A DNA stretch of 63,018 nucleotides. Source: a virus. Taxonomy: Duplodnaviria; Caudoviricetes. The DNA is taken from positions 1 to 63,018 of IMG/VR virus record IMGVR_UViG_3300048838_000780. One strand, 5' to 3'. The notes beneath the pieces are model-generated. The model ran no database searches. It was not told the origin of the DNA and saw nothing but the letters and a program-made list of their open reading frames with translations. The position numbers were made by a program, and so were the translations under genes. Shown one piece after another: positions 30,181 through 40,409 of this stretch. The number at the start of each line of letters is the position of its first letter. The first letter of the stretch is position 1.

Positions 30181-30735
30181 ATGAAACGGCCTTTTTTCAT
30201 TCTGGCATTGTTCGGCGCTCTACTGGCAACCCTTTTTGCCTTCCGGACGACCACCAACAACGACGCGACAACCTCCGAAGAATACGGCATCGTCTACGGC
30301 GAAAGCGGCGCCTTTGCGCCTGTATCCCTGGAAGACCTCAATTCGGCGCTGACGGCTTCGACCAATCCCGTCTACCAAACCGGGGAAACGATCGACACGA
30401 TTGCAAACGCGGCCAACGATACCCTTACTTTCGCGCCCAATCTCATTTCCAAGTGGATCTATAACCATACGGTCGACGTTACGTCCCTATCCGGTACGGT
30501 AAACATTATCGCCATTTTGCAGGAAAACAACGAACGGACCGGCGGTACATGGTACGAAGTGGAACGGGACACCCTGGCAGCAGCCGGACAAATCCGATTG
30601 CATGGGGCGTACAACGCTTCGAAAAATTCCCAAGTTACCGGTTTCGTTAAGGGGCTTCGACAACGCCTTGTCTTGGACGGATCCGGGACGCAATCGTCCC
30701 GGTACATTCACAACGGGACCTATAAAAAAGAATAA
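30181..30735 (+). CDS. Signal-peptide/N-terminal TM beta-rich protein
   Basis: MKRPFFILALFGALLATLFA leader; resembles 52446-52877. Confidence 0.7.
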   Translation: MKRPFFILALFGALLATLFAFRTTTNNDATTSEEYGIVYGESGAFAPVSLEDLNSALTASTNPVYQTGETIDTIANAANDTLTFAPNLISKWIYNHTVDVTSLSGTVNIIAILQENNERTGGTWYEVERDTLAAAGQIRLHGAYNASKNSQVTGFVKGLRQRLVLDGSGTQSSRYIHNGTYKKE

Positions 30736-30816
30736 GTCTTAAGCGTGTTTCCATTGTACAACCCCCCGGGGGCGGTCCCCCGGGGGTCCCCTTACACCCT
30801 CACAATGTAAAGACCT

Positions 30817-31008
30817 ATGAAACGAACTTCTTTTATTGTTGGCATTGCTTCGATACTGTTTTGCATTCTCCTTGTTTCGAAAAGTCCGGATCCCGTTACT
30901 CCTTCAATGACGAAAGCGGAAGAAACGATAAGACACAAAGACGAACGCGGCGCCGTACACGAACACCAAACCGGGCGCAAACAAAAAGTAAATGGATTGC
31001 TTAAGTAA
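30817..31008 (+). CDS. Small membrane protein
   Basis: N-terminal TM helix. Confidence 0.45.
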   Translation: MKRTSFIVGIASILFCILLVSKSPDPVTPSMTKAEETIRHKDERGAVHEHQTGRKQKVNGLLK

Positions 31009-32071
31009 CCTTATTGGGCTAACCGACCGGACTTGTGATTGTTGGGACGATAGCAAGCCGGAAACTTGGGCGGACGTAAACGCTTCGGATAGTGGTCTAT
31101 TTGTAACCGACCCGGAATACGGATACGAAGCATTGGACCGGATCTTTGCGAATGCGGATTGCGGGGACGGGTCGATATGGGACCTTTTGCAACGCTCAAG
31201 GACAAAGGCAATTTCCAACTTTGTTACCGACTTGGGCGCCCAAATACAAAGTCTTTACAAAAACCGGGCGCAATTCGCCGGGACAATCGGACGTCCGAAC
31301 GCTTCAAGGGTCGAACCCCGGGGGCAAGAATATATCGGAATGATCCTTTACCCAAGGTTGCTGCAAGGGGCAAAATTCATTGTAACCCATATCCATATTG
31401 GGACCAACTTTTCCGGGGACGTTGACGTCGTTTTAACCTCCAACAACGGGGACTATTTTACACCCGTTACGACGACAATTACCGGCATCGCCAACCGCTT
31501 TGTAAGGGCGGCGGTCGATACTCCAATCGAACTTCCCTTCTATTCGGCATACCGGGAAGGGGACTTGCGTTATTACGCCTATTATTCGACGGCCGGGGGG
31601 ACAATTCAACCCTTGGGTAACTCCTTCTATTGTTGCGGGGGCAAGTCGAAACATGAAAAATTTTTGAAGGCGGGGGGCTTCGGGGTCGACACCTTAACCG
31701 ACCTTGGAGAAGTTACCGCCAAAGGATCCGGCGCCAACGGTCTTTCCCTGGAAGGGTACTTGTATTGTTCCGGGGTTGATTGGCTGTGTGACCTTGACAC
31801 AATAGGCGGGTATTCCCTAAAAATGGTCGTTGCAAGGGCTATCCAAATGAAGGCGGCGGCGTTGCTCTATTCAATGGATAACGATTCGACCAGGATAAAC
31901 CGTTTTACCGAACCGTCGTCCGGGAACATCGACCGAATGATCCGACTTAACGAATTGTACTTTAATCAAATAGTTTGGATTAGTCAAAACTTGCCAGTTT
32001 CGGCCGTCGATTGCTTACTATGCAACGACACGGCAACCGGGCGGATCCAAAAGAAAGCGTTAATCGTTTAA
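30992..32071 (+). CDS. Structural protein (head-tail adaptor candidate)
   Basis: Cys-rich termini; position after the capsid gene. Confidence 0.5.
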   Translation: MDCLSNLIGLTDRTCDCWDDSKPETWADVNASDSGLFVTDPEYGYEALDRIFANADCGDGSIWDLLQRSRTKAISNFVTDLGAQIQSLYKNRAQFAGTIGRPNASRVEPRGQEYIGMILYPRLLQGAKFIVTHIHIGTNFSGDVDVVLTSNNGDYFTPVTTTITGIANRFVRAAVDTPIELPFYSAYREGDLRYYAYYSTAGGTIQPLGNSFYCCGGKSKHEKFLKAGGFGVDTLTDLGEVTAKGSGANGLSLEGYLYCSGVDWLCDLDTIGGYSLKMVVARAIQMKAAALLYSMDNDSTRINRFTEPSSGNIDRMIRLNELYFNQIVWISQNLPVSAVDCLLCNDTATGRIQKKALIV

Positions 32072-32081
32072 ATCTCAAGCA

Positions 32082-32666
32082 ATGGCACTAATTAACTTCC
32101 TCACTTGCCCGGAAGATTGCGACACCGACGTATTGTTGCCCGCAATTTCGCAAGACCAGGATTGTTCGACTTGGGTCCCGAAAGATTCGCAAGTGTGCGA
32201 CCTGTTTATCGTCCCGACGGGGGCGCCGGATCCTTTTTCTTGGACGGTACCGGCAACCCCGGCGGATGCAACGACGATCGACAACACGGAAGCACTCAAC
32301 GCGGCGCCAAAACGTCTTGTTGGGGAAGGCGGAATAGCGGTCCCGGAAAAGCGGATAATCGAATATCCCAAGAAGAAGTCCAGAATTGCCGACCGTGACT
32401 ACACGCTGCAAATGCGCTTCCGTAACCTAACCGACGAAATGTACGCCTTCCTTCGCCAATTTCAATGCGGTTGGACCAACTTTACGTTTTACTACGCAAC
32501 GGTTGGGGGGCGCCTTTTCGGGAAGCAAAACGCGGGGATCCCGGTACAACGGGTCGACGTCGACTTCCCCTTGGGTGAAGGACGCGACGACAAAGAAGAA
32601 GCAATCTTAACGATCGTTTGGAATGCGGACGGTGACCCCGACCGTTGGCCAAACCCGTTCGCCTAA
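32082..32666 (+). CDS. Putative tail tube protein, paralog 1
   Basis: 194-aa beta-rich ORF, highly similar to the next gene. Confidence 0.55.
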   Translation: MALINFLTCPEDCDTDVLLPAISQDQDCSTWVPKDSQVCDLFIVPTGAPDPFSWTVPATPADATTIDNTEALNAAPKRLVGEGGIAVPEKRIIEYPKKKSRIADRDYTLQMRFRNLTDEMYAFLRQFQCGWTNFTFYYATVGGRLFGKQNAGIPVQRVDVDFPLGEGRDDKEEAILTIVWNADGDPDRWPNPFA

Positions 32667-32684
32667 AAGTAAGATCCTTGGGGT

Positions 32685-33350
32685 ATGGCAATAAATACCT
32701 TCCTTTCTTGTCCGGACGATTGCGACGACGACTTGTTGTTGCCTGGAATTCCACAAGACCAGGATTGTACGAATTGGTACCCCAAGGATTCCCAAGTAGG
32801 CGACTTGTTTTTATTCCCCTCTACGGCGCCCAAGCCTTCCGATTGGACGGATCCTAATACTTGGTCCGGGACGATAAACAACGTGGATACCTCCAACGCG
32901 GCGGGAAAGTGGATCGTTGGCGAAGGCGGGGTCGATGCGGTCCAAATTACCCTCCTTTCCCTTCCCAAGAAGAAAGAACGGGTAACGGGTCGAACGTTCG
33001 TCCTTTCCTTCGAGATCGACCATTTAAGCGGGTCGATGTACGCTTTTCTTCGTGCTTTTCAATGCGGTTGGACCAACTTTACGTTTTTTTACCGGACCGT
33101 CGGGGGGCGCCTTTTCGGGGCGGACGGGGGGATAATTCCAATATCCGTCGACGTCGACTTCCCATTGGACGAAGACCGGGAAGAATTCGAAACGGCGGTC
33201 GTCGGAATAACCTTTGAAGCAGACGCAACCCCGGACCGGGTAGACGGATCCGGCTTAGACGATGTTTTGGCCACGCTCAACCCGTGGATAACACCCGACG
33301 GCGACGAATGGGTAACCCCGGACGGCGACGCCTGGGTATGGTCCCCCTAA
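32685..33350 (+). CDS. Putative tail tube protein, paralog 2
   Basis: Shares CPxDC, PKDSQV, VGEGG, MYAFLRxFQCGWTNFTF and VDVDFPL with paralog 1. Confidence 0.55.
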   Translation: MAINTFLSCPDDCDDDLLLPGIPQDQDCTNWYPKDSQVGDLFLFPSTAPKPSDWTDPNTWSGTINNVDTSNAAGKWIVGEGGVDAVQITLLSLPKKKERVTGRTFVLSFEIDHLSGSMYAFLRAFQCGWTNFTFFYRTVGGRLFGADGGIIPISVDVDFPLDEDREEFETAVVGITFEADATPDRVDGSGLDDVLATLNPWITPDGDEWVTPDGDAWVWSP

Positions 33351-33360
33351 ACAAAATTCA

Positions 33361-36300
33361 ATGAAGAATATTTTTCTATTTGGCTTCCTCCTTCTTGCAA
33401 CCATTTCTTTTGCCCAAGTGCGACCGGATAACTTCCCTTTGCAAACGGCGCCGGATTCGTCGAACTTCGAAGTATATTCCCAAAAGAACGGAATAACAAG
33501 GCGGGCAAACCTTTGGGCGCTCAAGAAGTATTTTGCCCCCTATATTAAGGCAACCCCAATTGCATACGTCCCGGCATCAACCGGTAATACCCTGGATCTT
33601 TCGACTTTCGCACTTACCGGCGGCGATTCGCTGTACTACATCGACGGCGCCGGACGGGCGGCGTTAATTTACGATCCAAATACCTTGCAATCGTTGACCC
33701 TTTCAAACGATACCCTTTACCTATCCGGCGGCGGTGGGGTCTACTTGGGCGGCGGCGGCGCCGGTATTACCGACGGGGACAAAGGCGACATAACGGTATC
33801 GGGATCCGGCACGGTATGGGATATAGACGCGGGGACCGTTGGATCCACGGAGGTAACGGATAACAGTTTGGCGGCCGGGGATCTTTTGGTCGACGTCATA
33901 TCGTCCGTGGACGGGGTAGCGAATGACGGGGGGAACATTGACCTTGTAGCGGGCGCAAATGTGACAATAACCCCGAACGACGGCGCCAATACCATTACCA
34001 TTGCGGCGACGGACACGGATACCCAATTGTCCGAAGAACAAGTCGAAGACTTTGTCGGGGGAATGCTTACGGGTAACACGGAAACAGGGATAACGGTTAC
34101 TTATGAGGATACCGACGGAACAATCGACTTCGTGGCGACGGATCCTTCCTTGAGCAACGAAGGGTCCCTAACCGTCGGGGCGGGGACGTCGACGACGTCG
34201 ACCATTTCTTCCAATACTTCCGGATCTACGGACGTAACTTTGGAAGCGGGGGCAAATATTCTTATTTCGGAAACAGGCAATACCATTACGATTGCGGCGT
34301 CTTCGGGAACTGCAACCGTCGGGGACGGCGACTACGGGGATATTGTGGTATCGGGAACGGGTACGGTATGGGATATAGACGCGGGGACCGTCGGATCCAC
34401 GGAGGTAACGGATAACAGCTTGGCGGCCGGGGATCTTTTGGTCGACGTCGTATCGTCCGTGGACGGGGTAGCAAACGACGGGGGGAACATCGACCTTGTC
34501 GCCGGATCCAATATCACAATAACCCCGGACGACGGCGCCAATACCATTACCATTGCATCGACGGACACGGATACCCAATTGTCCGAAGAACAAGTCGAAG
34601 ACTTCGTCGGGGGGATGCTTACGGGTAACACGGAAACAGGGATAACGGTTACTTATGAGGATACCGACGGAACAATCGACTTCGTGGCGACGGATCCTTC
34701 CTTGAGCAACGAAGGATCCCTAACCGTTGGGGCGGGGACGTCGACGACGTCGACCATTTCTTCGAATACTTCCGGATCCACGGCGGTAACCCTGGAAGCG
34801 GGGACGAATATTACCCTTTCAGAAACGGGCAATACCATTACGATTGCGGCGGCAATTGGGGCGGCCGGGTCCCCTGTTTACGGGGAAGCGTACAACGCAA
34901 CAAGCGACGCCTTGGCAATAACGGCCGGGGTCCCGGTAATTTCGGACGGTATGGTCGCCGGATCGACGAACGGTTTTTCGTATTCGGCCGGACGTCTTAC
35001 ATATTCGGGGGCGTCCGCAATGTTTTTTGTCACCTATTCGGCGGAAATTCATTCGACGGCGACGGGATCCCTTACAAAAGTTTGGATCTACAAAAACGGA
35101 TCTTCCGTTGCGGACACATACCGGGAAGAATACGCGGAAGCTGCAAGCGAGAAAGAAAACATAACGACCGGCGGCCTAATCTCTTTGGATAGTTTGGACT
35201 ACCTGGAAGTTTTTTTCGATGCTTCGGAGAATGCAACGATAACGATTGAAAGCGCCAATATTTCGACAATCCGGGTTGGTAATTCTTCCGGCGGCGACGG
35301 CGTATCCGACGGCGATAAAGGCGACATAACGGTATCGGGATCCGGCACGGTATGGGATATAGACGCGGGGACCGTCGGATCCACGGAGGTAACGGATAAC
35401 AGCTTGGCGGCCGGGGATCTTTTGGTCGACGTCGTATCGTCCTTGGACGGGGTAACCAATGACGGGGGCAATATTGACCTTGTAGCGGGCGCAAATGTGA
35501 CGATAACCCCGAATGACGGCGCCAATACCATTACCATTGCGGCGACGGACACGGATACCCAATTGTCCGAAGAACAAGTCGAAGACTTCGTCGGGGGGAT
35601 GCTTACGGGTAACACGGAAACAGGGATAACGGTTACTTATGAGGATACCGACGGAACAATCGACTTCGTGGCGACGGATCCTTCCTTGAGCAACGAAGGA
35701 TCCCTAACCGTTACGGCGGGGTCCGGTACGACGTCCGTTATTTCCTCCAATACGTCCGGATCCACGGACGTAACATTGTCGGCAAGTACCGGTCTTTCCA
35801 TATCAGAAACAGGCAATACCATTACCCTAACCAATACCGGGGACACGAACGCGGGGGACGACTTGACGACGTCGACAAGTTTTTCCGGCGATGTTTCCGG
35901 ATTATACAGCAACTTGCAACTTGGGGCAAACGTCGTCGGTACGGCGGAAGTAGACGGCACCTTAACGGCGGCGGATCTTGCGGTAAACGTCGTTTCTTCC
36001 GTCGAAAACGTCACCAACGACGGGGGGAACATCGACCTTGCGGCAAGCGGCATTGTAAGCATAACAGGCGACGACGGCGCTAATACTATTACCATTGGCG
36101 TTGCCAAGGTCAAACAAATAAAAGGCGCAACAATCGAAAGTCCTGGAAGCAGCGAAAACATTTCCCTTTTTTACACGGACCATGCGATAACCATTACCAG
36201 GGTATCCGACGTCGTCCGGGGGACAACCCCTTCCGTAACGTATAACATTCGACACGCAACGACCAGGGATAGCGGGTCGCCAAATGATGTTTTTGGATCA

Positions 36301-36450
36301 AATAGGACGGTTACTTCTACTTCCGGCGCAACTACGACGACGTTTAGCGACGCGACGATACCGGCTAACTCTTGGGTCTGGCTTATCACATCTGCAACAT
36401 CCGGAACAATTACGGATATAAATATTACCCTTCAATATGAGGCGGATTAA
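33361..36450 (+). CDS. Repeat-rich fibre/adhesin-like protein with signal peptide
   Basis: MKNIFLFGFLLLATISFA-Q leader; three ~182-aa repeats. Confidence 0.75.
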   Translation: MKNIFLFGFLLLATISFAQVRPDNFPLQTAPDSSNFEVYSQKNGITRRANLWALKKYFAPYIKATPIAYVPASTGNTLDLSTFALTGGDSLYYIDGAGRAALIYDPNTLQSLTLSNDTLYLSGGGGVYLGGGGAGITDGDKGDITVSGSGTVWDIDAGTVGSTEVTDNSLAAGDLLVDVISSVDGVANDGGNIDLVAGANVTITPNDGANTITIAATDTDTQLSEEQVEDFVGGMLTGNTETGITVTYEDTDGTIDFVATDPSLSNEGSLTVGAGTSTTSTISSNTSGSTDVTLEAGANILISETGNTITIAASSGTATVGDGDYGDIVVSGTGTVWDIDAGTVGSTEVTDNSLAAGDLLVDVVSSVDGVANDGGNIDLVAGSNITITPDDGANTITIASTDTDTQLSEEQVEDFVGGMLTGNTETGITVTYEDTDGTIDFVATDPSLSNEGSLTVGAGTSTTSTISSNTSGSTAVTLEAGTNITLSETGNTITIAAAIGAAGSPVYGEAYNATSDALAITAGVPVISDGMVAGSTNGFSYSAGRLTYSGASAMFFVTYSAEIHSTATGSLTKVWIYKNGSSVADTYREEYAEAASEKENITTGGLISLDSLDYLEVFFDASENATITIESANISTIRVGNSSGGDGVSDGDKGDITVSGSGTVWDIDAGTVGSTEVTDNSLAAGDLLVDVVSSLDGVTNDGGNIDLVAGANVTITPNDGANTITIAATDTDTQLSEEQVEDFVGGMLTGNTETGITVTYEDTDGTIDFVATDPSLSNEGSLTVTAGSGTTSVISSNTSGSTDVTLSASTGLSISETGNTITLTNTGDTNAGDDLTTSTSFSGDVSGLYSNLQLGANVVGTAEVDGTLTAADLAVNVVSSVENVTNDGGNIDLAASGIVSITGDDGANTITIGVAKVKQIKGATIESPGSSENISLFYTDHAITITRVSDVVRGTTPSVTYNIRHATTRDSGSPNDVFGSNRTVTSTSGATTTTFSDATIPANSWVWLITSATSGTITDINITLQYEAD

Positions 36451-39003
36451 AGGATATTTAATTGTCGCACTTTTGCCCCTTTTTGGGGTTGGATACGCGC
36501 AAACGGTCGAAGAATTCGTCGGGGACGGGACTTGGTCTAAACCAAGTGGAGTTACCCAAGTAATTGTCGAATGTTGGGGCGGGGGAGGCGCCGGGGGCGG
36601 CGCAACCACGAACGGCACGGGCGGGGGCGGCGGCGCCGGGGGGCAATATGCAAAAAAGACGGTTACTTATAGTTCCGGGGCGGCCTCTATTTCGTACACG
36701 GTAGGCGGCGGCGCCGTGGGTAATACGGGAAATGGAGGGACCGGCGGCGAAACAAGTTGGAATAGCGGCGAAGTCGTAGCAAAGGGCGGCGCCGGGGGCG
36801 TGGCAAACAACGGAAGCGGGGGGACCGGATCAACAAGCGGGGGCGTTGGCGACATTGTTTACGCGGGCGGGTCCGGGGCGGCCGGGGCTACAAGTTCCGG
36901 CGGCGGCGGCGGCGGCGCCGGGTCTACGGGAACCGGGAAGAATGCTTCGGGAACAACGGCGGGCGGCGCAACAAGTGAAAACGGCGGCGCCGGGGGTAAT
37001 GGCAGATCAACAAGCGGGGCCGGTTTAGCCGGAAGTACCTTTGGCGGCGGCGGCGGCGGCGGGAAAAAGACGACGACGACCAATAGGGCGGGCGGCGCCG
37101 GGGCGCAAGGAATGATAAGAATTACCTATACTGTTAACCCAAGAAGGGTTTTTATAATTAACTGACTATGAAAGTATTGTATTTTTTCCCCTTTTTGCTT
37201 CTTCCCTTCTTTTTGAAGGGGCAAACACCAACCGGAAGTGTACAAATACCGTCGGGTACAACGGCGCAACGTCCAACTTCCCCGGGGGTCGGTGAATTCC
37301 GTATTAATACGGATTCGTTAAAAGTCGAATTTTGGTCCGGGTCCGCTTGGGTCCTTTTGGGGGTAGGCGGCGGCGGCGGCGTATCCGACGGGGACAAAGG
37401 GGACATTACCGTATCGTCTTCCGGGACGGCATGGAATATCGACGCGGGGGTCGTCGGATCCACGGAGGTAACGGATAACAGTTTGGCGGCCGGGGATCTT
37501 TTGGTCGACGTCATATCGTCCTTGGACGGGGTAGCAAACGACGGGGGCAATATTGACCTTGTAGCGGGCGCAAATGTGACAATAACCCCGAACGACGGCG
37601 CCAATACCATTACCATTGCGGCGACGGACACGGATACCCAATTGTCCGAAGAACAAGTCGAAGACTTTGTCGGGGGGATGCTTACGGGTAACACGGAAAC
37701 AGGGATAACGGTTACTTATGAGGATACCGACGGAACAATCGACTTCGTGGCGACGGATCCTTCCTTGAGCAATGAAGGGTCCCTAACCGTCGGGGCGGGG
37801 ACGTCGACGACGTCGACCATTTCTTCGAATACGTCCGGATCCACGGCGGTAACCCTGGAAGCGGGGACGAATATTACCCTTTCAGAAACGGGGAATACCA
37901 TTACCATTGCATCGACGGCGGCCGGAATATCCGACGGGGACAAAGGGGACATTACCGTATCGTCTTCCGGGACGGCATGGAATATCGACGCGGGGGTCGT
38001 CGGATCCACGGAGGTAACGGATAACAGTTTGGCGGCCGGGGATCTTTTGGTCGACGTCATATCGTCCTTGGACGGGGTAGCAAACGACGGGGGCAATATT
38101 GACCTTGTAGCGGGCGCAAATGTGACAATAACCCCGAACGACGGCGCCAATACCATTACCATTGCGGCGACGGACACGGATACCCAATTGTCCGAAGAAC
38201 AAGTCGAAGACTTTGTCGGGGGAATGCTTACGGGTAACACGGAAACAGGGATAACGGTTACTTATGAGGATACCGACGGAACAATCGACTTCGTGGCGAC
38301 GGATCCTTCCTTGAGCAATGAAGGGTCCCTAACCGTCGGGGCGGGGACGTCGACGACGTCGACCATTTCTTCGAATACGTCCGGATCCACGGCGGTAACC
38401 CTGGAAGCGGGGACGAATATTACCCTTTCAGAAACGGGGAATACCATTACCATTGCATCGACGGCGGCCGGAATATCCGACGGGGACAAAGGGGACATTA
38501 CCGTATCGTCTTCCGGGACGGCATGGAATATCGACGCGGGGGTCGTCGGATCCACGGAGGTAACGGATAACAGTTTGGCGGCCGGGGATCTTGCCGTCGA
38601 CGTCGTATCGTCCTTGGACGGGGTAGCAAACGACGGGGGCAATATTGACCTTGTAGCGGGCGCAAATGTGACAATAACCCCGAATGACGGCGCCAATACC
38701 ATTACCATTGCGGCGACGGACACGGATACCCAATTGTCCGAAGAACAAGTCGAAGACTTCGTCGGGGGGATGCTTACGGGTAACACGGAAACAGGGATAA
38801 CGGTTACTTATGAGGATACCGACGGAACAATCGACTTCGTGGCGACGGATCCTTCCTTGAGCAATGAAGGGTCCCTAACCGTCGGGGCGGGGACGTCGAC
38901 GACGTCGACCATTTCTTCGAATACGTCCGGATCCACGGCGGTAACCCTGGAAGCGGGGACGAATATTACCCTTTCAGAAACGGGCAATACCATTACCATT
39001 GCG
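33772..39003 (+). repeat. Six highly similar ~546-bp repeats shared by two genes
   Basis: Copies start near 33772, 34324, 35308, 37387, 37933 and 38479 (DGDKGDITVS...SETGNTITI). Confidence 0.93.
36437..37165 (+). CDS. Glycine-rich tail-associated domain protein with signal peptide
   Basis: TWSKPSGVTQVIVECWGGGGAGG...GAQGMIRITY motif; leader ends in GYA-Q. Confidence 0.75.
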   Translation: MRRIKGYLIVALLPLFGVGYAQTVEEFVGDGTWSKPSGVTQVIVECWGGGGAGGGATTNGTGGGGGAGGQYAKKTVTYSSGAASISYTVGGGAVGNTGNGGTGGETSWNSGEVVAKGGAGGVANNGSGGTGSTSGGVGDIVYAGGSGAAGATSSGGGGGGAGSTGTGKNASGTTAGGATSENGGAGGNGRSTSGAGLAGSTFGGGGGGGKKTTTTNRAGGAGAQGMIRITYTVNPRRVFIIN

Positions 39004-40026
39004 GCGGCCGGGGGCGGCGGCGGGTCCCCTTCCGTTATCACTCCTTCGACCATTACGGCACAACAAGACAATTATTCCCCGACGGGTTGGGCGGATGCAA
39101 CTTTTGTCCGTCTTTCCGGCGATATAGATATGGATGCAATTACCGGATTTTCGGCGGAAACTTCCGGGGAAGTAAAGACCCTTGGAAACGTTGGGGACTA
39201 TACGATCTTCATTTCCCCGGAAAATACTTCTTCGACGGCTGCAAATCGCATTTCCTATCCGGAAGATATTTTGTTGGAACCAGGGGAAAGTATGCAAATA
39301 ATCTACGACGGGACTTTAACCCGTTGGGTCCCCTTGTCTTGTCCGTCAAAAGGATTTTCCAATATTCGCCGGTCTTGGTTCGCCAATAAAAGTTCCGGCC
39401 GGGCGGCGGAAGGGATAGCGGACGATATAAATATCCTTTTTGCCTATTCCGGGGGTAGCATTTCTTCGCAAAGTTCGACGGCGACGACCCCCCTTTCCGC
39501 ATGGGCATTGGCAACCGGTACGACGACGACCGGGGATTGTTACGGGTATATGGCTAAAGGGTCTGAAAACATGGGGTACATTGGATCCGCTTATATGTAC
39601 ACGGAATGTCTTTTCCAGCTTGAAGACTTAAGCGACGGGACCAACGGGTACGACCTTTATTTCCGCCTTACGACTTCCCCTTCGTCTACTTCCGTAACGG
39701 CAAACAATAGTCTTGGTATTCGTTATTCCGACGACGTCAATTCTGGAAAACTGGAAGCCTTTACGCGCAATTCGTCCGGGACAGAAACGACCCTGGATCT
39801 TGGGGTAACCGTTGCGGCGGATACTCCTTATCGCCTTGGCGTGTCTATAAACAAAGCGGGGACCTTGGCGACGTTCTTTGTAAACGATAATGTAGTAGGT
39901 CAGATAACGACCAATCTTCCAAGTGGAACGGATCTTGGAACGGCCTTCTTCATTAAGAAGACAGCCGGAACGACTTCCCGGACGGCGTATTTATTCCGAA
40001 TCTTAGGCGTGGCAGTGTTACCATAA
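37168..40026 (+). CDS. Second repeat-rich fibre-like protein with signal peptide
   Basis: Leader ends in LKG-Q; PSGTTAQRP fibre motif; three 182-aa repeats; beta-rich C-terminal domain. Confidence 0.75.
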   Translation: MKVLYFFPFLLLPFFLKGQTPTGSVQIPSGTTAQRPTSPGVGEFRINTDSLKVEFWSGSAWVLLGVGGGGGVSDGDKGDITVSSSGTAWNIDAGVVGSTEVTDNSLAAGDLLVDVISSLDGVANDGGNIDLVAGANVTITPNDGANTITIAATDTDTQLSEEQVEDFVGGMLTGNTETGITVTYEDTDGTIDFVATDPSLSNEGSLTVGAGTSTTSTISSNTSGSTAVTLEAGTNITLSETGNTITIASTAAGISDGDKGDITVSSSGTAWNIDAGVVGSTEVTDNSLAAGDLLVDVISSLDGVANDGGNIDLVAGANVTITPNDGANTITIAATDTDTQLSEEQVEDFVGGMLTGNTETGITVTYEDTDGTIDFVATDPSLSNEGSLTVGAGTSTTSTISSNTSGSTAVTLEAGTNITLSETGNTITIASTAAGISDGDKGDITVSSSGTAWNIDAGVVGSTEVTDNSLAAGDLAVDVVSSLDGVANDGGNIDLVAGANVTITPNDGANTITIAATDTDTQLSEEQVEDFVGGMLTGNTETGITVTYEDTDGTIDFVATDPSLSNEGSLTVGAGTSTTSTISSNTSGSTAVTLEAGTNITLSETGNTITIAAAGGGGGSPSVITPSTITAQQDNYSPTGWADATFVRLSGDIDMDAITGFSAETSGEVKTLGNVGDYTIFISPENTSSTAANRISYPEDILLEPGESMQIIYDGTLTRWVPLSCPSKGFSNIRRSWFANKSSGRAAEGIADDINILFAYSGGSISSQSSTATTPLSAWALATGTTTTGDCYGYMAKGSENMGYIGSAYMYTECLFQLEDLSDGTNGYDLYFRLTTSPSSTSVTANNSLGIRYSDDVNSGKLEAFTRNSSGTETTLDLGVTVAADTPYRLGVSINKAGTLATFFVNDNVVGQITTNLPSGTDLGTAFFIKKTAGTTSRTAYLFRILGVAVLP

Positions 40027-40409
40027 TGATTGCAATTGTTGTCCTTGTCATTTTGTCGGCTATTTGCAGCGCTTTAATGGACGTAGGGAATTTTCACCCG
40101 TCGCAATTACGTTTGCCTTCTTGGTGGAAGCATAATTGGACGGCGAAATACGTTGGCGGGGATCCTGAAAACGGCCGGGTTAAATGGAAGATCGGACCTT
40201 TTGAGGTTGTAAAGCCGGTACAACTTTCCGACGGTTGGCATTTCTCAAAAATGGTCTTCGTCATTGCCAATATTTTGTCCGTTGTTGTTGCTTTAACGGT
40301 TGAAAAAAAGTTAAATTCCGTCATAATTGGGGGCGCTTTTGTTGGTCTTGGCGTCTTGTGGAATACGACTTTTTCACTTTTTTACAACAAAATTTTTCGG
40401 ACGAAATGA
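40026..40409 (+). CDS. Membrane protein with DxWHFSK motif
   Basis: Three TM helices; LSDGWHFSK; resembles 59457-59879. Confidence 0.7.
   Translation: MIAIVVLVILSAICSALMDVGNFHPSQLRLPSWWKHNWTAKYVGGDPENGRVKWKIGPFEVVKPVQLSDGWHFSKMVFVIANILSVVVALTVEKKLNSVIIGGAFVGLGVLWNTTFSLFYNKIFRTK

Noticed and set aside
33772-39003. Diversity-generating retroelement template/variable repeats
   Set aside because: No reverse transcriptase; all copies are in-frame coding; differences do not look adenine-specific
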